Assembly (NCBI GenBank): GCA_028534125.1
Contig: CM052816.1
Span: 17,858,001 to 17,922,000 of the forward strand
Direction: 5' to 3'
Length of the DNA: 64,000 nucleotides
Source of the DNA: Lama glama
Taxonomy: Eukaryota
The notes beneath the pieces are model-generated. The model worked only from the letters and a program-made list of their open reading frames with translations. It was not told the DNA's origin and did not search any database. Within the stretch, counting starts at the first letter, position 1, and each line of letters opens with the position of its first letter. Positions 12,146 through 24,576 of the stretch are shown one piece after another. The position numbers were made by a program, and so were the translations under genes.

Positions 12146-13811
12146 AAAGGGGGTGATACAGGCAGAGCATCAGTTACTAGCAAATACTGTACATGTAGGT
12201 TTGTTTCCCACTACAGCTGGGCTTGTCTTTAGTCCTGTTTCCAAGCCTTATCTCACCTGTGCTGTCCCCAGTCTCACATCACCTGCATGGCAGAGATGAT
12301 TGACAGATCATGACAGATCATGACATCATGGCTAGTGCATCTTTTTTCTCTTCCCTGCCTACCTTTCTGGTTCTCCTACTTTTCCTACAAGTTAGGAGGC
12401 ACCCTTCCTAGGAATTGCTCTCTACTGGAATGGGAGATTAGTTTTTATGATTAAGGTGTCCAAGCTGAAGAGCAGCAGTGGGGTAGGTGGCGTAAGCAGG
12501 GCGTTTTCTCACGTGAGCTGCGCTGATGCCTTAAACATTTCTGTGGGTCAAGGGTTGGTGCTGTTTTCATTCCAAAGACCTGGTGAGGTTTCATTAATCA
12601 CAGTGAAGTTCTAGAATCCCAGCTTTAAATCAATGTTATATTTAACAAGAAGTGAGCAGTCAGTTGTAACTTTTTTCAGTAAACTGATGCAATTTAATGC
12701 TTATGGAATTTATGTCTGGCAGATCAGCAGCTGAACATAATTTTAATTACACCTGTCACCCTCGGCCGCTTTCCCTCATTCTGTGCTAACCTTCTCAGAG
12801 CTGCGGTAGTTATGCTGCTGGATTTTGCTACTCAAAAGCCAAAGTTTGCTTTCCTGTCATTTAGGGAGCTTCCTGGCCCTTGAATTTCAGAGAGAAGCTA
12901 CCTTATTAATATAAAGAGACTTAACAGGAAATACAAGCTGTTAGGTTGCATATCTAAAGAAATCTCCTGTAGACTTCCTGAAATAGCAAGGGTTCGAATG
13001 TTAAAGTTAGCAAGGAATACTCTATTGACATTTGCTAATTGGATCAGATTTCACCATGTAGCCTGCTATGGTTATGTGAATTTTACTACATTTATTTGCA
13101 TTGTGCTGTAGAAGCATTTCCTGCTGACGACCCTCAGTGTATTCAAGGGGAGCAATCTTTAAAAGAGCCAAATCAGCCATGTTCTTCATTTCTGTGAGCA
13201 GACAGGATGAAGGGACAGGGGATGAATACCACTTAGGATGACAAAGAATTGTCATTTTCTCTCCTGTGTGGTAATTAGGGTATTGAACATGTCTGGGCCC
13301 TACATTGCCGATGAAAGGTTATCTTCCTCATTGTGCCTTCTCTCCATCAGAAGCCCAATTTGATTCTCATTTTCTAAGCTGTTCTAGGCCCTGTCTGATA
13401 TGTGAGTCACACTTTTCATGTCAGTTATTTCGGGGCATGTGTTGTCTGCTGCAGACTTCAGAAGTACAGCCACTGTTAGCAGATCACATCCTGTCCTCAA
13501 ACCCATCCCTGGTGGCTCCTGAGCAATGGCTACTGCTGTTTCTATTCCAGATGGCACTGCAGAGGCACACATTCCCTGGCCAGAGTCCAGTGTCTGCTCT
13601 CTGGTGGTGGCTGTTTGGGAGTAAAGACAGCTCTTCTGTTTTTACTGAGTTCTACTCTTTGTACTACCAAAATAAGTCACTTCCCTCCAGCTTAGTAACC
13701 AAGCACTGTCAATGCTTGTGAAGAATTTGCTATGTGCCAGGCAAGGTTCTAAGCACTCTGTGTTAAATCACTTAATTTAATTCTCATATTTCCCCTATGC
13801 AGTAGATAATA

Positions 13812-14643
13812 TTTTTTTAAATTGAAGTACAATCAGTTACAATGTGTCAATTTCTGGCATACAGCACAGTTTCCCAGTCATGCATATACATACATATATT
13901 TGTTTTCATATTCTTTTTCATTAAAGGTTATTACAAGATACTGAACATACTTCTCTGTGCTATACAAAAGAAACTTTTAAAATCTGTTTTTATATACAGT
14001 GGCTAACATTTGTAAATCTCAGACTCCCAAATTTATCCCTTCCAACCCCCTTTCCCTGGTAACCATAGGATTGTTTACTATGTCTGCACATCTGTTTCTG
14101 TTCTGTAGTTGAGTTCATAGTGTCCTTTTTTTTTTTCTTTATCTTTTGGATTCCACATCTGAATGATATCATATATTTTTCTTTCTCTTTCTGTCTTACT
14201 TCATTTAGAATGACGATCTGTAGGTCCATCTATGCTGCTGCAAATGGCATTATTTTATTCTTTTTATGGCTGAGTAGTATTACATTGTATAAATATACCA
14301 CAACTTCTTGATCCAGTCACCTGTTGATGGACATTTAGGTTGCTTCCATGTCTTGGCTATTGTAAATAGTGCTGCTATGAACATTGGGGTGCAAGTGTCA
14401 TTTTGAAGTAGGGTTCCTTCTGGATATATTCCCAGGAGTCGGATTGCTGGATCATATGGTAAGTCTATTTTTTGTCTTTTGAGGAATCTCTGTAATGGCT
14501 GCACCAAACTACATCCCCACCAGCAGTGTAGGAGGGTTCCCCTTTCTCCACAGCCTCTCCAGCAATTATCATTTGTGGACTTCTGAATGATGGCCATTCT
14601 GACTGGTGTGAGGTGACACCTCATTGTAGTCTTGATTTGCATT
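13812..14643 (-). mobile_element. 5'-truncated lineage-specific L1 (ORF2 C-terminus plus 3'UTR)
   Basis: ORF 14280..14642 [19 protein letters not shown]...HCWWGC is the L1 ORF2 cysteine-rich C-terminus; T-tail at 13812. Confidence 0.92.
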
Positions 14644-14649
14644 AAATGT

Positions 14650-15600
14650 TAAATGCTGTATTCTTAAGATTTATCTATGCTGCTGCACGTAGCTGGATTT
14701 CAATCACACTCACTTTTATATAGTATTCAACATTGTAAACAATAACATAATCTACTGTTTGATGGACATTTCATTTTTCCATTTTTCAAATCATAGACAG
14801 TGCTGATATTAACATTCTTACACATGCCTCTGGGTATACACGTGCAAACGTTTCCCAAGGCATATACCTAGGAATGAAATTGTCAAGGTATAACAAATGC
14901 TTGCTTTCAACTTTATTAGAAATGCCAAATTGTGTCCCACAGTGATTGTTCTATTTATATTTGTACCATCAGCATATGAAAGTTTGGGTTCTGTTTTTTT
15001 TTTTTTAATATTTGTCAACCTGATGCATATGAAGTGATGTCTTATTGTGATTTTCTTTGGCATTTATAAATATCTTTTTTTGTATTTATTGTTCATTCTA
15101 GTTTTCTTGTTCAGTAAGTTCCTGTTCAGGCCTTTTGCTAATTTTTGTATTGAGCTGTCTTTATCTTATTTATAGGAGTGTTCTTCTATTCTGGATACCA
15201 ACCTTTTTTCAGTTATATGCTCCAAGTATTCTCTTCCCAGGCTGTGAGCCCCCCTTTTTTTAAACTGTCTTTGTGGTGTCTTTTAATTCATAGAAATTGT
15301 TAATTTAATACTGCCCTTTTTTTTTTAACTTATCCTATTGTTTCCTAATGTTTGCCACTTTTGGGTCTTAACTTAAAACTCCTTCTGTGCCTCGAGGTTG
15401 TAAATATATTCTATTATAGCTTTGTCTGAATGCTTTATACTGTTTTCTTTGATGTTTCAGTGTCCAATACACATGGATTGACTTTTGTGTTGTTAAGTGC
15501 ATGCATGATGAGGAAGACTGCTTTCCTGGTGATGTGAAGTCTTACCAATGTGTTTTGCCTCTTTATTTTCAGTAGCTCTTCTGCTCTAAGTTTTGGTAAT
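14650..15600 (-). mobile_element. Old L1 relic
   Basis: ORF 14818..15063 is a decayed ORF2 C-terminus (KITIRHHFICIRLTNIKK). Confidence 0.65.
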
Positions 15601-16778
15601 TTTAAGAATTTTGATGTCAAAATTCCAATAATTCTGATACTATAGGTATGTCAGCTCTCTTAGTATGAGCCTAGGATATTTTTCTTTGCTCCTTCTGCAT
15701 TCTTTGTCTTTTAGTCTTATTTGTCTATTAACAGCAAATAGCTGGGTTTTATTTTTCATTTTGTGTCATAATCTTTATCTTAACTAAAGTATTCAACTCA
15801 CATATACTTATGATAATTCCTTTCTCATTAATTATTTTGCCTTTTCTATGATTCTTTTTCTCTCCCTCTTACCTTCTTTTGGAATTTTTTTTCTATTTTT
15901 TAAATTTGGTCCATAAGTTTTGAAGCTACTTACTCTGTTTCTATTCTGTTCAAGATTAATCGAGAAATTTCTGACATCATACTGTATTCATCAGGATCTA
16001 AACTTGATCAGTATCTTTGCCTCCCCACTCTGCTCCCAGACAGTGTGAGGAAGAACCTTCGGGTACTTCCGCTCTGACATGCTGTTGTTGGTATGTGTTT
16101 GAGTTCTACATTCTTTGTACTTCCAAGATGTTTTTGTTGGTTTATACTTATGGTTAATGTTTTTATTTAGTTTTACCCAAATATTTGCCTTTTTCTTTGC
16201 CCACCATCCCTCTCTGCATTTCAGAAGTTCTGTCTGGGGTAGTTTTCCTTCTATCTATAGCATATTCTTCAGAAATTGTTATGATGAGGGTCTGTGGGTG
16301 GCAATGTATCTCAGTTTTTGTCTCACAATGGCTTTGTTTTCTTGTTATTCTAAGAATAATCTGGGCAAACAGAAACTATTGAAGATACAAAAAAACACTG
16401 AGTCACAATGATGTCATCACAATCTTGTTTATGACAGACAAAAATAAAAGTGAAAAACCTGTAGGTCCAATAGAAGGGGAGTGGTTTATCATACAGATAC
16501 ATCCACATGGCCTATTATACAATCATAAATGACCATATTTTAAAGGTAATGTGATGGCATAGGATCATGCTCAATAGCAATACTAAGTGAAAAAAGCGAC
16601 ACACTACACTGTATGTACAGTACATACATGCTCACCATAAATATCCTAACAAAAGGCTGAGGAAAACACAGCAAGAAGTGAAAATTCTTTGTTCCTCAGG
16701 TGTTGAAGTGCTGGGTGATTCTGATTCTCATTGTTCTACTTTTCAGTATTATACACACTTCCTGCAAAAACAAATATA

Positions 16779-17273
16779 CATCTTCCTTGACTTATGATGG
16801 GCTTATGTCCTGATAAACCCATCATGAATTGAAAATGCATTTAATCCGCCCAACCTACCCAACATCATAGCTTAGCCTAGCCTAGCTTAAATGTGTTCAG
16901 AACACTTACATTAGCCCACAGTGGGGCACAATCATCTAACACAAAGCCTATGTTATAATAAAATGTTGAACAGTGGAATAGCTCATGTAATTTACTGAGT
17001 ACTGTACTGAAAGTGAAAAACTGGGTGGTTGTGTGGGCGCAGAATGGCTGTAGTCATATCGGCTGGTTACCCTCATGACGGCGTGGCTGACTGCGTGCTG
17101 TGCCTCACTGCGGCGGCCGGCATCACGAGAGGGGATCGTGCCACATGTCACTTGCCCTGGAGGAGATCAAAACTCAAAATTTGAGGTATGGTTTCTACCA
17201 ACTGCATATTGCTTCTGCACCCTCGTAAAGTCAAACAATTGTAAGTTGAACTATTGTAAGTTGAAGACTATCT
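16779..17273. mobile_element. TcMar-Tigger non-autonomous DNA transposon (MER47/Tigger5-like)
   Basis: Inverted termini (cttgacttatgatgg / ctattgtaagttgaagac) and internal aacatcatagcttagcctagcctag motif; TA-containing flanks. Confidence 0.8.
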
Positions 17274-18252
17274 ATATAGTATTTATAATTAGGAACCAGT
17301 TAGAAATTAACCATAATCAAAATGATTTTCAAGGTTAGATCATTTATACTCACAGTCCACCCTGGCAGTGTATGAGTAGCAATTATATTTTTAATGTTTG
17401 CCAATTTTGTAAGTATACTCTAGTATTTCACTGTTATTTCCATTTATACTTTTTATTAGTATTGAAGTAGAATGCAGTTTTATGTGTGTTTATTGGCCAT
17501 TTGTATTTCTTTTCCCACTAGAGCATTTGTTTATAACCCTTTGTCGATTTTTCAATTACATTCTTAATGGTCTTCCTATTGATTTGAAAGAACTCTTTAT
17601 ATATTAAGAATATTGACCCTGCCTCTTTTCAGTGTTTTCCAACTTGTCTTTTAAATATCATTTATAATAACTTGGTTGTTTTTAATATTTCATTTTTAAA
17701 ATTATTCAGGTATACGTCTTGAAAAAGGTATAGAAATAATTATAAATAAGGTGAAATATGTATTCACAAAGATTCTGATATACCTTTGGGTAATTAGGGG
17801 AGAAAAATGAAATACAATATACCTCTAAAAGAAGTTGCACAAAAACATAAGGAAAGGAGGCAGAGTATTCCTTGAGAGTTTTTAACTGGCGGGAGGATGG
17901 GGGTGATCTGTCTCATCATATACCCCTCTCTGGACATACAGGTCTATACATTGTATCTATATATTTAGTCGGCTGTCATAATACCTTCCTAAGGGTTGTG
18001 GTTATCCACGATCCCTATGAAGTACACTAGCGGGAGCAGGCAAAGACAGAAAATAAAGGCAGCAGCAAACTATACTGTATGCAAGATAAAGGTTTATGCA
18101 GCTTAGAGCAGGAATTCACCCTATGATTTTTCCACTTTATACTGGTCGTCCTGAGGTTTGGACCTCAATCTGTTTCTTCATCTATATCACCTGAGCAGTC
18201 GTCACTGTTAGTCATGAAAAACCACAAAGTAACTCTTTTTTCTCTTCCAACC

Positions 18253-18461
18253 CAGGGCTTCTTAATCTTGTTGCTATTGACATTTTGGGTCATAAAATTC
18301 TTTGCTGTGGGGCGTCCTATGCATTTTAGGATGTTAGCAGCATCCTCGGCCTCTACCCACTAGGTGTTAATAGTACTTTTGTGGTTGTGACAACCACAAG
18401 TGTCTCCAGATGTTACCAGATGTCCCTGGAGGGTAAAATTGGCCATGGCTGAAAACCACTA
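18253..18461. mobile_element. MER20 hAT-Charlie DNA transposon
   Basis: cagggcttcttaatctt...gctattgacattttgg...agcagcatcctcggcctctacccactag...gttgtgacaacca...tgtctccaga...gaaaaccact. Confidence 0.85.
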
Positions 18462-21410
18462 TTCCAGGTTCAAGCCGACACGGGACAGTGAAAGCTCCAG
18501 GTTTCCTTCTAGGCTTTGGGGACTTTTAAGTTGGAGTCTGGTAGAGAAACGTCACACTGGAGTCTCCTCTGGCCCATGTTCACTGTTTCACCCCAACCCT
18601 GGCGGAGAGGCGCCTGCATCATGTGAACAGCAGGCAGCCTCGCGAGCGCCCATCACAGGCGAGCTCAGCCAGAGCCCCTTTTCTCAGCTCTTTGTTCCTC
18701 CAGTCAGTGATGCTAACTAGGAGAACAGGGAGGGACACTGTGTCCGCCAGAGCCTGCTCTGTGGCCTCATGGACCTGCCGAGTCGGCAGGAGGAGCCCCA
18801 GCTCTCCACCTCCCCAGGTGGACAGCCGACAGGATTGGTTCAACCCTGGCACCCAAAACTAAGCCCCTCACTCCTGGTCTCCCCATAGGTCCTCCTCAGG
18901 GCAGTCTCCCAATGCTGTCTTCATGGGGTTACACTGGGCTGGTACTTCTGGTCCTTTATCCTTTAAATTATGGCACACAGTTGGGTCCCGGGCAGCCTCA
19001 TTGGGTCCCCAGGCCATCCTTCCTTGACCTAACTTTTAACGCTAAAGTTGGTTAGTTGGTTTCCCTCCAGAAGTCTAGAAAAATGTACCAGTCTCCTGTG
19101 GTCAGAACCAGGTGAGACCTAAGTACCTCCCTCCTGTTACAGCTGGTAGGGGCTGGCGGGCATCAAGCTGACCTAGCTGATTGTCCCAAGGCCTTACACT
19201 CTGAGGTTTGCTTTATGGTATGAGACCGTTTTCTACAGATTTCTAAGTCTGCTTGCTTTGGGTACACATTTGAATTCAAGTGTAACAAAGGTATCAGCTC
19301 GCAGACCCCTCACTCGGGACGAGCCCTGGGTGAGCAAGCCCAGGAGTGAGCGCTGTCGGGCGCCGGACTTGCCGACGCCCCCCACGCGCTGTGCTCGTGC
19401 TTGAGGCTTTGTGTGACCTTCGTTTAGTGCCCTTCCTAACAGAGTGTGAGGTGGAAGCACTATTTTGCCTGTGTGCACGAGTGCCATCTCAGAGGTCACA
19501 GGAGAGCCCAGTGGCTCCTTAGTGATGCTCACGTCTGCCGAGGACCCAGGACAGGAATGCACACGTGTTGGCTAGTGGTCTGGTTGTGCAAAGCCAGGTG
19601 GCCTTGTCGCCAAGGGGCACCTGCGTCCTGTGTCCACACCCTCACCTGCCCCAGCTTCTCCCCCTTTCAGCAGTGGTGGCCTGCCAGACTCTAGCTATTT
19701 CATTCCAAGGAAACTTCAGACACCAAATCTTGGGTCCAGAACGTGGATGCTCTGTTTCCTTCCTTCCACACCCCTGTACCTGGTGAGACCCCCTTCAGAG
19801 CCTCGTGTCGTCAGGCTCGACGTCATGTTCTCCAGTGCCAGGCCCTTCTGAAACAGTATCCTGACCTGGTGGCATGAAGAAACAGTCCAGTCCCCCTGGG
19901 TGTCTCCTCCTCCCCCGACCTCCAGAAGCAGGGCCCATACACATGGCCCAGAATAAATCTGGCAACTTGTGGGTATGTGACTGCGGAAGTGGGGTCTGTT
20001 ACATACACGTGCGTACCATGACTCAGCAGGTCGCCTTTGTCTTCCTGTTGAGACCCGGCAAGGGGGTGACAGCGTCAGAAGCAGGACCGCTTAGGGCCCT
20101 GACTGCTTTTCCAGCAGGTCTGGGAGAGGAGAGTCGGGATGGAAAGGTGCCCAGATGTGAGAGTGAGGGTTCCCGACACCAGCATCTGAATCCCTGCTCT
20201 GCTCTTTAAGCAGCACACAGATTTCTCTTTCCCAAGACGAATGTGATAACCACGCTGCAAACTCTTCTCCGCAGCTACTTAAGCAGCCTCTTGGTAAAAG
20301 TCAAAAAATGAGTCTTTAAGAATTCACTTTTACCCCAAGACTGTGAATCAGCTCCAGCCTAATTTCTCAGGATAAGAATCATCTGTCTTGGAGACGTCAC
20401 CTCCACACCACTTGGCCTTTGTCTTTACCCCCTGCCAGCTGTCTTGGGGAGACCCTCCCTGCATCCCAAGTAACTCCCGTCAGAGAAACGGGTGGTATCT
20501 GCAGGAGTCAAGGGGGGTTTTCACATAATTACACAGGATTTAAAAAGGAAAACAAACTAAAGAAAAGATGATGTATTCTGACCCTCTCAGGACTATGTGC
20601 CTGTCAGGGTTTTTATATCCCTTGAGACAGAAAATTGGATTAATGAGTCTTAGCTATGTACATATTCCATGACGGGCGATAAGCTTGGGCACACAGACAC
20701 AGAAAGCTCAGGGACCTCAAAGGGTCCTTCCCTCTCTGTTTTGGGCGCTTAGTCTGGACACTGAGGTTTAACTAGCTGGAAAATTATGTCTGAGGCCACA
20801 TTTCTAATAAGACCCCAAATCTCAATGTCCTGAGACCCCCACCCAGGGACTCCAAGGACATATGTGTGGACCTGAATGTCTTTACTCCACCTCATCCCTG
20901 GGGACCACATGGCCAAGTAATACTGGGTTCAGCAGGGATCCCATATAATCAGAGCCATTGCTCCTGCCCCACTGCACACGGTGCCACTGGATCAGGCCAC
21001 CACTGTCCCCCAGCTGCCCCTCTCTGAGTAGTGTGCAGTCTTTCTAATACGGCTTCGAACAGGAAGTAGACCACTCAGCGCTGACACTGGTGTCAACAGC
21101 AGCAGCACTGGGGGAAAAATAAAAGCATTTCACGCATCACAGAGTTTTCGGACCTGAGACGATGTCTCCAGGCCCAGGTGTCCCATGTGTAAAAGGAGCA
21201 AGAATGTTTCTTCTTTTTTTACTTAAATTCTGAAAGTACGGGGGCACACTGAGAGGAAACAATTAATTAGTGTCACAGGTGTTCGAGAAAGGGGATTCCT
21301 GGGAGGGAGAGGTTGGCCCGTGGTCTGTGAATAAATTGTAAAGATGAAGAAATAACACAGGCAAACATTTTCCAAACTGGGCTCTTCGGAGCTGCTAGAT
21401 GTTAATTATG

Positions 21411-21452
21411 TCACACACACAGACAGAGACACACAGACACACACACACACAC
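21411..21452. repeat. (CA)n/(GA)-interrupted microsatellite
   Basis: cacacacacagacagagacacacagacacacacacacacaca seen directly. Confidence 0.9.
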
Positions 21453-22299
21453 ATGCACAAAGTGTTTTGTGACCATAAAGATTTGGGAACCTCCAGGCTA
21501 AATTTAAACTCTCTTTAACATGAGACTCTGCAGTGCAAGTCACCAAATGCATTTCTCCATGAAACTCTTTTCTAGAAATATCCATGCACTCTGAACTCTG
21601 GGAAATGCCGCTCTGGTCTCCAGCAATCGAGCCTAATTGGACTGTTTTTATCTTAGGTCTGAAAAACGGCTTTTCAAAAATCACAGAATAATGGGTATTT
21701 GTTCATTGTAGACACTTAGACAACCTCAAGGGGCAAGAGGGGAAACAGCCGTGCAGGGCCTCCCGCGCAGACCCGTCCTCAGCCTTTTGTGCATTTTTCC
21801 GCCTCTGACCCTTTGCCTCTGTCTCTCTCACTCACTCCGCGTGTCCACACTACGCATTTCGTGTGACAGAAGTGGAATCCATCCATAAGTACTTTTGTAT
21901 TATTCTTTTTTTCACTTAATTTACTGTACACCTTTTTATGTCATGATATCCTTCATTCTCACACTTTTTAACGCCTTCTCAGTTTTCTGGCCTATTAATG
22001 AGCCATAATCCAGTCCTTCTCACTGGACATTTGCTTGTCAGTCGGTGTGTGTCTGTGTATGTGTGGTAACCATTGCAGTTGTAATGACACAACTAAATCT
22101 TTGTAGCCATCTGTGCTTGCTTGACTTAAGTCTCATAAAATCTGCTAACAGGCCATACTTTCCACTGTGCATTTTTCATCCTGAGACAGAGCCCAAATTA
22201 GACCCAACTCTTGGGCCAGAGGTACTACATCTCTAATTATTAGATTAACTCTCTTGCCACCTCCTGGCTGAGAGTACAGGACCAGAATCAGACAGCCTT

Positions 22300-22990
22300 G
22301 ATGCAAACCCTGACCCTGCTGTTTGACGTTCACTGACCTTGAATAGTTAATGTGACTTCTCCACGCCTCAGTCTCCATGCTATAAAGCAGTAATGATACG
22401 GGTACCTTCCTCGTAGAGTTCTTGCGAGGATGTACAAGTCTATCACTGGGAATGGTGTGTGTCTAGGGGGAAGATCTGGGGGGAAGGGGAAGTGTTGGGT
22501 ACCAGAGACCAGCATGACTTCTGCCTGCCCAGAATGCTTTCTCCCAATTCTTCCTCCTCTTCCGTCAGTGGCAACCTCTTTTCAAATGGGAAGAATGCAG
22601 CACACAGCAGGACAGACATGGCTGTGGCTGTGACCTGAATGGGACTGCCAGCTCTACCCTTTATTAGCTTGTCCTGTGTGGTGTTACAGCCTGGGAAATG
22701 GATATTAATGAAACTCCCTACCCGTAGAGAGTTGCGGTGATGATTCAGTGAGATCGTGTTTGTGTGGTTAGTACCTGTCATATCACTCACAAGCACTCAC
22801 TGGCAGCCAGAAAAGAAGTCACTTAACCTCCCTAACCTATTTCTACAGTAAGAAAGAAGTAATAATAATGACTGTGATGAATTATCGCCAGGACTGAATG
22901 AAAAAAGATGAAGGCAAGATGCCAGCATGGTTCTTGGCCACAGCAGGGATTTAATACGTGGTAGCTCTTGGGACACACTGTTACCGCCGG
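22300..22990. mobile_element. Cluster of three MIR relics (two +, one -)
   Basis: MIR cores near 22320-22460 and 22620-22800, and an antisense copy near 22840-22990. Confidence 0.55.
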
Positions 22991-24576
22991 TGTTGGTACT
23001 GAGGAAAGCGATGCAGCCAAGCTGCACCGGCGCCCCTGTCTCTCACAGTCAACAGCTGGCTGTTCAGGCTCTGCCGGTCAGCGGGTCCCTTGGATGCACT
23101 GCTTGTGGACCAACGTAGCACCTACGCTTGGGTCTGTAGGCTGGAAATCCTCAGGGTCAGGCGCACTGACCTGCCCTGTCCAGGAGTTCTGAGTCCACAG
23201 CATGGCTTGTAAGGTTGCCCTTTGTGATGTGATACTTGTAATTAAAATTTCAGCGCAATTAACTACTGATGAGGTACTAGAAGGGACTGAGGCTGCAGGT
23301 CTTAGTGGAGAATAGCAAACACCATCGATTGCAGGGAGGCCTTAACTGCTGCGATGTTTTTTCAGTGAAAGGTAGACCTAGAATTCTTTCTCTAAGCCCA
23401 AGGAGAAAAACATACGCTGGGAAATTGTGTGAAACATGAGGAGTCACAGTGGAATTGAGTTTGAAATGTACAACCTCATCACACCATAAATTCAATCTCA
23501 AAGCATGTTATGGGCTGTAATTTTTTGAAGTCCTTAGAGACACCTTAACATCACTTAAAATTAGACCTATTCAAACTCTGCTTATGCCTACCCCCTACTC
23601 CACAGTGTAAATCATTGTTTTCCACTTGTATTTGAGTTCAACTCTTCTTACAAACCAGTAACTCTATTCCTTTCAGAATAGCTCTACTGCACTGAAGCTT
23701 CCTTGGAAGGTACCTTTGTTTCCTTCAATGCTCTGAAGTGTGAGGTCGACGTAATTTGCTAAATGTATCATGTTTACATATGCATAAGCCAGCTACCTCC
23801 AAATCACCATCTCCTGCCTGCATTATTGGCTGAATGCTTAAAGAAAATGAAGCTTAATTTTCTGTGAGCAGCATTCCATGGTTTCCAAATAAGCTTGAAG
23901 AGACACAGATAAACTAAATTATTTAGTGGTAACTATCCAGACAGGAATGAGAAGCCAGTGCTAAAACAAGCCAGGTCTAGGGGGTCATCCCAGCATCCTG
24001 CCGTCACAGTATGCAAAGAAGCAGAAAAATGAGATCCCAGGGACCCCTGGCCGCTGCCAGGCTGGCTGAGGTGTCAGCAGGCTGAGTTGGCGCTCATCTG
24101 TCAGCCCGTGGGCCTGATTTCAGCTTGTAGGATCCTAAACTCAGAGTTGTCAGACTTTCTGGTAATTCCTTTCCTTGGGCAGGGGGAGTCACTGTGATGT
24201 CTGTGGTGGGAGAATCATGCCATCCTTCCCATAAGTGAGTTGGCATGGATGGAGGGAAGAGGCTGGCTTGGAATCATCTGGTCCTGGGTTCAGATGTCGG
24301 CTTTGGCCTTTACATGTGTGAGGCGAGAATGGGCAAGGCCCCAACTTATCTAGAACTTGGTATCCTCACATGTGAAGGAGAGGATCACCCTCCTAGGACT
24401 CCTGAGGCTTCGTTAAGACTATGTGTCCTTATATAGTTGGTACCATAGAGTTGGGCACACAAGTATCTCTTCCTGCGTCTTTCCCCACTCAAGCCCAGTC
24501 TTCTTTTGACTGAAGTTACTTGTCTTGAGGGTGGATATAATGCTCCCCCTCATCCTCAAAGACATCTGCTGGTCAC

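Noticed and set aside
11841..12330. Short tandem duplications (agaggg(g)aagtatcatga x2; gacagatcat x2-3)
   Set aside because: Ordinary slippage micro-duplications with no spacer structure.
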